DNA of 64,000 nt from Squalus acanthias (taxonomy: Eukaryota): NCBI GenBank assembly GCA_030390025.1, contig CM059432.1, positions 127,846,001 through 127,910,000 on the forward strand. The letters are read 5' to 3'. Positions 11,387-22,310 of this stretch are shown piece by piece. The position numbers and the translations under genes are program-made. Numbering within the stretch: the first letter of the stretch is position 1; every line of letters starts with the position of its first letter. The notes beneath the pieces were generated by a model. The model had not been told where the DNA came from. It searched no databases and worked only from the letters and a program-made list of their open reading frames with translations.

Positions 11387-11657
11387 TTTGCACATGGCAA
11401 GGGCCCACAAACAGCAATGTGTTAATGATCAGATAATCTGTTTTAGTGATGTTGGTTGAGGGATAAATATTGGCCAGGATACCAGGGAGAACTCCCTGTT
11501 CTTCTTAGAAATAGCACATGGGGATCTTTTACGCCCCTCTGAGAGGGCAGACAGGGCCTTGGTTTAACATCTTATCCAAAAGACTCCCTCAATACTACCT
11601 AGTGTCAGCCTAGATTTTGCACTCAAGTCTTTAGAGTGGGACTTGAACCCACAACCT
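11387..11657 (-). mobile_element. Deu-domain SINE, degenerate
   Basis: Reverse-complement similarity to 3570-4040 (GATAAATATTGGCCAGGA, GGGATCTTTTACG, GACTTGAACCCACAACCT). Confidence 0.75.
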
Positions 11658-11848
11658 ACATTGTCAATATGTCATTGATATAGAAGTTGGCTGAATGGTT
11701 TCCATGTTCTTTAATGCAGGATTAAAGGAGCGGTGAAGGATATAACAAGGACTGTTAATGGAGAGAGGCTTTGTGTAAGTTTTTAGGGCAGGGGAATGAG
11801 CAAATCACTGGAATCGCTGAGCAATTAACTCATCCCTGGAATTTCTTG

Positions 11849-13075
11849 CTACAAGATGTTGAGTTGGCTCTCCTTCTTCTGCTGCTTCCTTGACTTCACC
11901 CTGGACTCTCTCGTCCAATTAGGACTGCTGCTTTGGGCTGGCTCCTCTAAATGCTGGACTATCTGTATGGCAAGGTTGTGCAGGATGCAGCACACAACTA
12001 TGATGCGGAAGACTCTTTGTGGAACATATTGTAGGGAGCCTCCAGACCTGTCCAGACACTTGAATCTCTGCTTCAGCATTCCCTATGGTGTGCTCAATAA
12101 GCATCCTGATGGTCCCCTAGCTTTCACTACACCTGTGTTGTTCAGGCACAATGGGATTGTAGAGAGGTGCCATGAGTCATGCGTGTAGAGTGTATCCCTG
12201 GTCCCCCCAGCAGTCATCCTGTCACATTGATGGAAGGATCGAATATTGGGGGCATGGTTGAGTGTCTCAGGAAAAATGCATCATGACAGCTGTCTGGGTA
12301 CCTTGCACAAACTTGCACAATCCTGTTTCTGTGATCGGTGACTAGCTGGAAATTAATGGAGTGGTGTTCCTCCTGTTCATGAATGCTGCTGGTTGCTTTT
12401 CTGGTGCCCTGATGCCAACATGTGTGCAGTCAATGACTCCCTGGGCGTGAAGGAGGGCCAGCCATTGCTGCAAATCCCAGTGCTCTCTCATGTTGACTGT
12501 TGAGGTCAATGGGTAAAGTAATGTACTCGTCAACTCTGGCTAACAGAGTGTTGGTGACCTACTTAATACAGCTGTGTACTGTAGACTAGCAGATGTGGGA
12601 AATGTCCCCTGTAACAGCCTGGGAGGAGCCTGAGGCAAAACCATTAAGGGCAATGGTGACTTTAACAGCCACTGACAAAGCATGGCCACCTGGGCCACAG
12701 GTAGCTGGTTCAGTTGCAGGAGGCTGCATAGATCAGCGGCAGCCTATATGGTAAAGCACAGCCTTCAGATGCACTGCTGCTCAATCGTATGCAGGAAAGT
12801 GACTTAGTCTATCGACCCTGTGAGCTGGGTGTCATAAATCGCAAGTAACAACTCAGGAAGTACTACTGGGTGGCCAGCTGGGGCGCCGTCCAGGGAGTAT
12901 AAATACTCAGGAATGGGCCCACCTTGGGCAGAGACAATCTGGAAACAGGAAGCTAGTGACTGCTAACTAGACCTCCATGTTTTGTTACAAGTTGATTAAA
13001 GCCTTGCTTTATGTTCAAGTGCGTAGTGAGTCTTTATTACGTCACTGGGTAAGGGCTTCTACGAGCAGTTCCCCC
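11849..13075 (-). pseudogene. Decayed Harbinger transposase of the older element
   Basis: LKQRFKCLDRSGGSLQY...CCILHNLAI and QGVIDCTHVGIRAP lie in different frames. The N-terminal RSPYPAHRV is restored when the LTR at 12830-13044 is removed. Confidence 0.85.
12830..13044 (+). mobile_element. Solo LTR (215 bp) with 5-bp TSD CTGGG
   Basis: TG...CA termini (TGTCATAA / TTACGTCA), CTGGG at 12825-12829 and 13045-13049, internal TATAAAT and ATTAAA. Confidence 0.75.
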
Positions 13076-13089
13076 TCATCTGCTGTCTT

Positions 13090-14995
13090 CTAATAAAGAG
13101 ACTAGGAGAGAAGTCAAAAAAACAATTCGGAAGGCAAAGAGGATCTATGAAATTAAATTATCAAGGAACATAAAACCAAATAGTAAAATAATCCACAGGC
13201 ACATAAATAAAGAAAGGAAATTCGGGATGTGAATAGGGCGACTAAGGGTAAAACAGGATAAAATCACAGGCAGTGATAGCAAAATGGCAGAAATATTAAA
13301 CAATTATTTTGCTTCAGTATTTACCAGGGAGACAGATCAGGTGGACATGACGTTGGAAAATGAGATTAGAAATGATATAACCACATTTTTTAAAAAAGAG
13401 GAGGAATATTAAATAAACTAATCAAACTCAAAGAGGATAAAACCCCTGGTCCGGACGGATTGCATCCGCGCATTTTAAAAGAATCTAGGGAAGAGATAGC
13501 AGAGGCACTATTACACATATTTAATAATTCGTTAGAAAAAGATGTAGTGCCAGAGGACTGGCGGATAGCTGACGTTATACCTATATTTAAGAAGGGAGAA
13601 AGAACATGTCCAGGGAACTACAGACCAATCAGCTTAATATCTGTAGTAGGAAAAATAATGGAATCCCTACTAAAGGGGAAAATAGAAAAATATCTAGAAA
13701 CCAAAAATATAATAATGAATAGTCAACATGGATTTCAAAAGGGAAAGCCTTGCTTGACCAACCTCATTGAATTCTTTGAAGAGGTAACAGAGTCGACAAT
13801 GGTAATATAGTAGATGTAATATATATAGATTTCCAAATGGCCTTTGATAAGGTACCACACAATAGACTAATGAATGAGGTCAAAGCATGCGACGTCAGGG
13901 GACAAGTAGCAGAATGGCTGCAAGACAGAAAGCAGAGAGTAGGGGTAAAGGGTAACTATTCAGAGTGGCAGAAGGTGGGAAGTGGGGTCCCACAAGGATT
14001 AGTGATGGGACCATTGTTGTTCACAATTTTATATTAATGATTTAGATTTTGGAATCAAAAACACAATTTCAACTTGCGGACGACACCAAATTGGGAGGGA
14101 TAATCAACACTCAGGAGGACTGCAACAAATTACAAGAAGACATTAATAAACTTGCAGAATGGGCATACAATTGGCAAATTAATTTCAACATAGATAAGTG
14201 TGAGGTAATACATTTTGGTAAGGAAAATAAGCAGGTCACATATTACTTGGAAAATAAGAATCTAAATGGGGTAGAGGAACAAAGTGATCCAGGAGAACAA
14301 ATACACAAATCACTAAAAGTTGCGATGCAGGTCAATAAGGCCATGATAAAAACAAACCAAGCACTAGGGTTTATTTTTAGAGGGATAGAATTGAAAAGTA
14401 GGGAAGTTATGCTAAACTTGTATCGAACCTTGGTTAGACCACACTTGGAGTACTGCGTACAATTCTGATCGTCATATTATAAAAAGGATATAGAGGCGCT
14501 GGAGAGGGTGCAAAAAAGATTTATAAAGTTGATACCAGAACTGAGAGGTTATACCTATCAGGAAAAGATGAACAGGCTGGGTATTTTTTCTCTTGAAAAG
14601 AGAAGGCTGAGGGGTGACCTAATAGATGTCTTTAAAATTATGAAAGGTTTTGACAGAGTAGATGCAGAGAAAGTGTTTCCACTTGTGGGGAAGAGCAAAA
14701 TTATCAATACAAGATAGTCACCAATAAATCAAATAGGGAATTCAGAAGAAACTTCTTTAGCCAGAGAGTGGTGAGAATGTGGAACTCACTACCACAGGGA
14801 GTGGTTGAAGCAAATAGTATAGATACATTTAAGGGGACGCTAGATAAGCAGATGAGGGAGAAGGAAAAAGAGGGTTATGCTGATAGAGTTAGATGAGGAA
14901 AGACGGGAGGAGGCACAAGTGGAGCGTAAACGCCGGCATAGACTGGTTGGGCCGAATGGCCTGTTTCTGTGCTGTATATTCTATGTAATTCCATA
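13090..14995 (+). mobile_element. 5'-truncated, frameshifted CR1 LINE (RT region and 3' UTR)
   Basis: GNYRPISLISVVGK, SQHGF, AFDKVPH, GVPQG, ADDTKL, LVRPHLEYCVQF, RRLRGDLI; ends GGGCCGAATGGCCTGTTTCTGTGCTGTATATTCTATG. Confidence 0.92.
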
Positions 14996-15649
14996 TAACA
15001 GGACCTGCTGCTGCTCCTATTCTCCACTGTTCCTCCATCCAAATAAAACTGTTAGTAATAGCACCCAAGATGAGCAAATAAAGCTTACTGACGGTAAGTA
15101 AGGCGAAAAAAATGAGAAAGCAGCAATCTGGAAGCTAGAAACTCTCCTTGCAATCCAAACAGCACAATGTTACACAGATCCAATTAGCTGCAGCTGAGTG
15201 CCCCCTTAAACATTGCTTCAGTGGCTCTGAGATCAATGCTGCTGGTAATAAAAACAGAAAATGCTGGAAAAACTCAGCAGGTCCGGCAGCATCTGTGGCA
15301 ATGCTGCTAGGTTTTACTGGCGGGTTGGACACTGGTCGGAACTTCCATGATTTTGAGTTAAAATGGCGTTGGGGTCCTAATTGCCTCATAGGACTCCAAT
15401 TTGCATGTATTCATGAGGTCACTGCCTGCCTACGGTGGACTGAAATGAGCGGTTAAAATGGCGCCGGTGGGAACACAGCGGGAATGGAGCTGTAAGTGAT
15501 TTTAACCACCTGCCTGCCTTCCCCAGTCCTGCTGGGTGGACAGGGTTAAATTCGCCCCTATGTTGTGTGTCTTGAATCTATATGAATTTCTTCTTCCAAC
15601 TTAGACTGACCTGAAATATGTATTTAAGGTAAGTAAACGTTCAAATATA

Positions 15650-15755
15650 AAATAAAAACAGAAAATGCTGGAAATACTCAGCAGGTCAGGCAGCATCTGT
15701 GGAGAGAGAAACAGAGTTAACGCTTCAGGTCGATGACCCTTCGTCAGAACTGGAA
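15650..15755 (-). mobile_element. Penelope-like terminal fragment (second family) with degenerate hammerhead at 15715-15751
   Basis: Minus strand reads AGTT-CTGACGA-A-GGGTC-ATC-GACCT-GAAGCGTT-AACT. A shorter copy of the flanking sequence lies at ~15247-15297. Confidence 0.6.
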
Positions 15756-15974
15756 AGTAAACTTTCAATGTTGATTCATACCATTACAGGAAGAGGCCAG
15801 CACAATAACTTAAATGCAGTTCCTTTTTCATATACGACATTGAAATCAGCCAGATGGGCACTGTATAAATGAGATGCCCAGCTCTCCGGCTAAAACCCAC
15901 CCCACAGTCTTAAAAGAAAAATCAACAATTCAGTTACATAACAAGCCATTCATACTACTGTTACTATTACAATG

Positions 15975-16280
15975 ACAACAACAACCTGAATTTATGATGC
16001 CTTTAATGTCAAGAAATACATTCCAAGGCACTTTGTCAAAGACATAAGAAAAAAATATATGTTGAGCCAAAGAAAGAGATATTAGGAGGGGAGATCAAAA
16101 GCTTAATCAAAGAGGTGGGTTTTAAGGAGGGTCTTCAAGGAAGAGAGGAAGGTGGAGAGGCGTAGGGGTTTAGGGAGGGAATTCCAGAGCATAGGGCCTA
16201 GACAGCTGAAGGCATGGCCACCAATGATGGGGTGAAGGGAGGTCGGATTCACAAAAGGCCAGAGTTGGAGGAATGGAAAG
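15975..16280 (-). mobile_element. L2-like LINE 3' fragment
   Basis: IGGHAFSCLGPMLWNSLPKPLRL...LKTLLKTHLFD is an L2-type ORF2 terminus, with a (GTT)n tail. A similar piece lies at ~48885-49205 on the + strand. Confidence 0.7.
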
Positions 16281-17938
16281 TTCATAATTTAGAATTGGGA
16301 TGAGGTGGCTAGATCCAGTATCCCCTTCTTTTTTAAAACCAACAGTGATAAGAACAACAGTTGTTGACCTACTTTGGAGCACTGTGATAACAGTAAGGCA
16401 TGCTGGTGCCCAATCTGCTTATGTAGGACAATACACTTTGTAACATTCAGTAGGCGCAGGCCTAGTTTAGCTCAGCTTCCTGCTGAGTTGTTAATTAGCT
16501 GCCATCACTTAACACTAAACGCTCTTTCATATTTTCATCATGGAACACAATGATTAAGATAGCTAGGAAGCAATTACACCTTCAGCTGACTCACGCAATA
16601 TTTATATAAGCAGCAGCACTTAATATAAAAGGATGTGGTATCTTATTAACAGACAAGTTTGTTTTTTGAGCACTAAAACATTTAAGAGACTCATTTCCTT
16701 TGTTGCCTCAAAGGTAGTTACACCCTTAGTACTAAGGTTTCTGTGAAAGCAGCTTCATCTTTTAGTATTTCTGGTGAACTTTTGTGGTGTCTTATTCCTA
16801 CTTGGTATAAATATGCAGCGATTGTTTCTACTGTTGCTTTCACATCCAGTCCACATAAAACATTCTAGGAAGATGCTACTACATTAAAATATTCATCATA
16901 TTTACTTTATTCATGTAAGAAAGATAAAGTAATTCAATACATATGAATAACTGGATTTTTCAAAGTTAAAAATATGCACTTCATTGATTGATTTTGCTCC
17001 CTCCCATCTGGATGCAAGTACCTGAAGTACACATTGTATTACCTGACCTGAAGCCGCTGTATTTCTGGGTTCAGATCATTACCTTAGGCCCTATGTTCCC
17101 CTGGCATAGTGGTAATGGCCACTGGCTGCGGAACCATCTACAACTTACCAGCAACATGCAGACAGTACGACAATACCCTTCACAACCACTTCCTTCTTAA
17201 ATAAGTGTTCCTCTACTAATAGAGAAACATGTAGGAAAAGAGTGGAAGACTCACAAGATATGTATCTCAGTTCCAGCATCTGCGATCACCCCACATTAAG
17301 GAATGCTTTCTGACACTTACGTTGCATTCCATATGGTGGCATGCAGTGCGCCTTCACACTGTCTATTTTCTTCTTAAAGGATTACCGCCCAGAACCAAAG
17401 TCAAGGAAGTGCCACATCAATCCCGCAATGATCCTGCTGTAAATCTGTAGAGAAGTTTGAGGCTAAGATTAAAAGTGCAGCAAGGGAGGCACAGTGGTCA
17501 TAAATAGTAGGAAGGATGTCAGATTTGTTTCCAGTGAAATGTTTTTGTCACTGATGGGGCAGACTAGGTTCTACACAACTCTGCAGGGCTGAAGCAGAAT
17601 AATACATTGTGCACTAAACAGTCTAATGCTCATATCCTTATAAAACAGTTTAATATGTGTAAATATCTACAGGAGATTTGCTAGCATATAGTCTACAATC
17701 TTTTGTTCAGATGTGATGTATCATGGCCTATGGTATAATGTATATTTGCATGATTTATTCACTATATCCCTTTGAAAAAGCCTTTATAACAGCAGCTTTT
17801 GTATGGCTCCCGAAGGTTATATAATTACTTTTATTGAGGCTTACAGATCAATTCTTTGCAAGAAATGAGGCATTTTCTTCTTAACCATAATTCTAATGGG
17901 ACCACAACCTGTTACAATCTATACAATGGTAAAATTAT

Positions 17939-18576
17939 TTACAAAACATATGTGTAATCTGCGAGAAAGTTCATTCTGAATGCTCAGGGCCATTCGAGGC
18001 ATGACTCACATGTCCATAAGAATGCTGTGAAGAGAGACAAGATGCACTTGTGAACAAAACAACAACTTGCATTTTTATAGCACTTTTAATGTAGAAGACG
18101 TCGCAAGGCACTTCACAGAAACATAATCAGACAAAAATGGCTGCTGAGACAAAGAAGAAGATATTAGGAAGGCAGACTATAATAAGGTGAAGAGCTGCTT
18201 GCTCCCTTTAAGCCTAGAAATAGCTTCTAGCAACAGAAAACCGGTCCGTTTTCTTGCAGTATAAATGTTTTCTGTTGCTAGAAGCTATTTCTAGGCTGAA
18301 GTATTAAAGGGAGCAAGCAGCTCTTTACCTTATTATAGTCTGCCTTCCTAATATCTTCTTCTTTGTCTCAGCAGCCATTTTTGTCTGATTATGTTTCTGT
18401 GAAGTGCCTTGGGACGTCTTCTCCATTAAAAGTGCTATAAAAATGCAAGTTGTTGTTTTGTTCACAAGTGCATCTTGTCTCTCTTCACAGCATTCTTATG
18501 GACATGTGCGTCATGCCTCGAATGGCCCTGAGCATTCAGAATGAACTTTCTTGCAGATTACACATATGCTTTGTAA
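17939..18576. repeat. Long inverted repeat, arms 17939-18241 and 18267-18576, 25-bp spacer
   Basis: Arms read as reverse complements with about six substitutions and one 7-nt indel (counted by eye). Confidence 0.95.
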
Positions 18577-18657
18577 TGATCAGAATTGTGGTAAAGAAGC
18601 AAATGCTCCCTTTCTAATTGTCTGACATTTATTGTAGTTTGTCACAGTATTGCTATT

Positions 18658-18778
18658 GGCCTGGCATTTCCGCTAAAAAGGCAGACTCCTAAGAGTCTGC
18701 GATATTTTGCGCTATTTGACTTGCTATCACACTGATTAAGCTGTTATCTGGGCTGAAATCATGCGGAAACTCCAGGCC
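18658..18778. mobile_element. 121-bp MITE, Harbinger/Tourist-like
   Basis: TIRs GGCCTGGCATTTCCGC / GCGGAAACTCCAGGCC (14/16) with 3-bp TSD ATT. Confidence 0.75.
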
Positions 18779-19739
18779 ATTAATTTTTACTGTTTAAAAC
18801 ATTTAATGTAGCCAGATGAGCAGTAATGTAACAATAAGTAGCCACTATGATCAATCATTAAAAGATCAGCAAAGAACATATAAACTACAGTAAATCAGAT
18901 GTAAAACACAGAGCTGAAATTTGAAAAACGCATACACTTGACGTAAGTTAACAAGTATTGACATGAGAGGTACTGCAAGTAAACATTTGCAAATGTTCTG
19001 ACAGCAGCAGGTTGTTTGCCAATATAAAATGGACCCTTGCTACCAATGTAATCCTTCTCTCTCTAGTTACAACATGGCCAGGAGTCCTATAAATATACTA
19101 CAGGTCTCAAGTTTTAGCATAATAGGGTTCAATTTGAATTTGGTAAGAAACTCAGCTTTAAAATTTTGAATGTCTGTTACTAATGTTCAGCAAAAGAAAT
19201 GACAAAGAAACAGCTGCAGTCGCAAACATCAAGACCTGGATTTTCCTTCGAAAAACTACTCCTTTTTGGGCAATGTCCAGGCAGTCTAAATGGGCAAGTT
19301 AAATGGGGTGCAAGAGGCTTCCGCCGATACTCTGCCCCTAAAAATGGCCCCCATGGTTTCCCTCCCCTGACCCTGAGCGATCTGCTGGAAGCCTGCCCCA
19401 CACCATGCAGATGGCGGGGGGGGGGGGGGGAGCATAGCCAAGTTCTCCCCAGCAAATCCCTTCATTTCCATCCTCTTACCACTTCTACAAATCACCATCA
19501 CTATAAAGGTGCTGGCGTGGGTCTGTCCAGTGCCCCATAGGCAAGAAGAGATCGGGAAGCTGAAAAGTCACAAAGCAGTGCGATTCTGCAACACTATCTT
19601 GGCTGCAGTTTCTGAGCATTTAAAAATGCCGAAAATTTAAAGGGAAGTGTGACTGGTGAAATAATGGATTTTCCTCTGGAGATCCCATTGTTCATGTACT
19701 TTGAAGAGAAAGATGATGAAGACATGGAGAAGGAAAGGA

Positions 19740-20640
19740 TGAATGATAAGAGAATGCGGTATCCTGCAAGCAGGCAACACCCGATCCGCAGGTATCCACA
19801 CCACAGGGTCTACAGACCACAGATGTCCTACTTGGATTTTTCCTATATGCAATGTTTAAGACGGCTGTCTTCCCCTTGACACTATAACAGAGATTTGCCA
19901 GCTGTTGAATCCTGACGTAACCTCTTTCCACCAAGAGTGCAGCCTTGTCTGTGGCTGTGAAGGTGACAAAGCACTTAACTTTTATGCACCCTTGTGCTCC
20001 CAGATGGCCTCTGGTGACATTCGTCACATCAGTCAGTTAGCGGTGCAATGTTGCATTCGACACATCATGGATGCCCTGTTCAGGCACATTGGCTGAGTTC
20101 ATTCAGTTCTACATGGTCCCAGGAGTGAGAGTGAGAGTCATCAGCTTCTTCCAAGAGGCTGGATTCTCAGACATCCAGGGTGCTATTGATGCCACCCGTG
20201 CAGCTATAAAGGTTTCATCTGAAAACCCCAGCAATGTCATCAACAAGAAGGGATTTCATTCCCTGAATGTTCAGATAGTGAGGGATGCCAGCCATTTGCA
20301 TGCCAATTCATGTTACCTGTGAGATAGCCATGAGTTGTTTATGCTCAGGCAATCCAGGATACCTGCACTGCTCAGCCAGAGCAATATGATAGAAGGCTGA
20401 TAGAAGGCCATGGCTTCCGGCTTCAGCCTTGGCTGATGACTCCTTTTTGACATCCGAGGACAAAGGCCGAAAACAGATTGAGTGAGGGCTTGGGTGCTAC
20501 CAAGATCATTGTGGAACAGACCATGAGAATTCTCAAGTCCTATTTCCATTGGCTGGTTAGGTCGGGGAGATCATGTAGTATAGTTCAGCAATTGCAGTGT
20601 TATGCTGCATTCTCCATAATTTGTCCATGACAATGCAATT
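19740..20640 (+). pseudogene. Heavily decayed Harbinger transposase (third copy)
   Basis: YPHHRVYRPQMSYLDFSYMQCLRRL, ALNFYA, GFSDIQGAIDAT, NKKGFHSLNVQIV, CCILHNL across several frames. Confidence 0.85.
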
Positions 20641-21372
20641 GAGCATTCCAAGCACAGAAGGTGAAGAGAAAGAAAGTGGTGGAGAAAGTGGTGTGATTTG
20701 CGGAAAAAAAGATCTTGTAGCAAGAAGCATGTCAAAGTATCCATCTCTTATGAAGGTGAATGCACTGTTTCAAAGATAATTATCATATCTAAAAAAAAAT
20801 GGCAGTTAATGTTCTACTACTTCTACTTTTTTTAAATAAAAGTAACAGTAAGCTGCTACATTTTCTGTCAGCCTTTATCATTTCAAACACTAATTCCCAC
20901 TTTTCACTGCGCAAATATGCTATAATTCATATCTAAAATTGAAACGAGTTAAACTAGTTGGGGCAGTATAAGAATGCAGACCTCCATCCCAGCAGCATTC
21001 CATACAAAGGAGTAACCCCAATAAACCAGGCAGCAAATACTAAAGTAACTTTAAAGTTACAACAGTAACTATGTGCACGTCTTCATCTGGTTTATTGCTT
21101 GTTGCATTCACAAAAGTTTAATTCAGACCGGTTGTGGTATTGGGATGACCTATGACACCTTTGGGGATAGTTGCACTGGAATCTGGAGGAGTACAATCGG
21201 GGAAGGTAGCAATGGGCTCAGACAGTGGCACTGTCATTCGGAATGATGACAGTAAGCACGTCTTTGAAAGTATAACACTGACTTTGGGTAGGGCGCCAAC
21301 AAACTTATCCACAGTGATAATGTGCTCATTGACAGCAACACCAGTCTGATAAAGGATGTTACTTTCTTTGTA

Positions 21373-21588
21373 CAAAAGTGAGAAGTCGCACAACACCAGG
21401 TTATAGTCCAACAGCTTTATTTGAAATCACAAGCTTTCGGAGCGGCTGCTCCTTCGTCAGGTGACCTGACGAAGGAGCAGCGCTCCGAAAGCTTGTGATT
21501 TCAAATAAAACTGTTGGACTATAACCTGGTGTTGTGCGACTTCTCACTTTTGTCCACCCCAGTCCAACACCGGCATCTCCGCATCATG
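21373..21588. mobile_element. Penelope-like element, fold-back pLTR insertion with 12-bp TSD
   Basis: Inverted arms ~21372-21462 and 21464-21553, then a 35-nt tail. ACTTTCTTTGTA is duplicated at 21361-21372 and 21589-21600. The same pLTR follows a GIY-YIG-type C-terminus at 46884-47320. Confidence 0.85.
21427..21464 (-). ncRNA. Minimal type I hammerhead ribozyme motif (mirror copy on + strand at 21464-21498 with shortened stem I)
   Basis: TCAC-CTGACGA-A-GGAGC-AGCC-GCTCC-GAAAGCTT-GTGA: CUGANGA and GAAA cores, stems I and II, palindromic AGCT in place of stem III. Confidence 0.8.
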
Positions 21589-21934
21589 ACTTTCTTTGTA
21601 AACATGAGAGCTTAGTCTGGATTTTCTTCCAGCAAACTTCCCATTTTCAGGTCATTCCAGGGTAGTGCAGCATGGAAAATGGAGCCTACCGCCGAATCCC
21701 TTTCCATAAATCGGCTCAAGGAAGTTTTCCTCCACCACCCCACCAGTAGCAGGGATGCCAGCCATAAGCCCTTTGATGGCCCAGTTCTACTTGAACAACT
21801 CTGGACGATTTTCTTCACTTACAGCTCTTCTACCGCTGTGGAGAAGAACTGAATACTGGGGGCAGGGAGGAGATGGTGGTTGTGGTAGCTGAAGGCAACA
21901 GGACTGTCGGGCAAGTAAGAAATAGCCATCTTTC

Positions 21935-22310
21935 TTGACTCCAGCGCAGTACTGAGGGAGTGCTGCACTGTCGGAGGTGCTGTCTTTCGGATGAGACGTT
22001 AAGCCGAGGAGGCTCCGTCTGCTCTCTCGGGTGGACGTAAAAGATCCCATGGCATTATTTCGAAGAAGAGCAGGGAGTTCTCCCCAGTGTCCTGGACAAT
22101 ATTTATCCCTCAATCAACATAACAAAAACAGATTATCTGGTCATTATCACATTGCTGTTTGTGGGAGCTTGCTGTGCACAAATTGGCTGCCGCGTTTCCC
22201 ACATTACAACAATGACTACACTCCAAAAGTACTAAATTGGCTGTGAAGCGCTTTGAGACGTCCGGTAGTCGTGAAAGGCGTTATATAAATGCAAGTCTTT
22301 CTTTCTTTCC
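21935..22310 (+). mobile_element. Deu-domain SINE lacking its tRNA head
   Basis: Colinear with 3665-4030. It lies within a possible MITE (~21614-22617, ends CTGGATTTT / AAAATCCAAG). Confidence 0.8.

Noticed and set aside
21118..21411. Protein-like ORFs on both strands, possible exon of a neighbouring gene
   Set aside because: No recognisable family or convincing splice pair, and the minus-strand start lies inside the Penelope insert.
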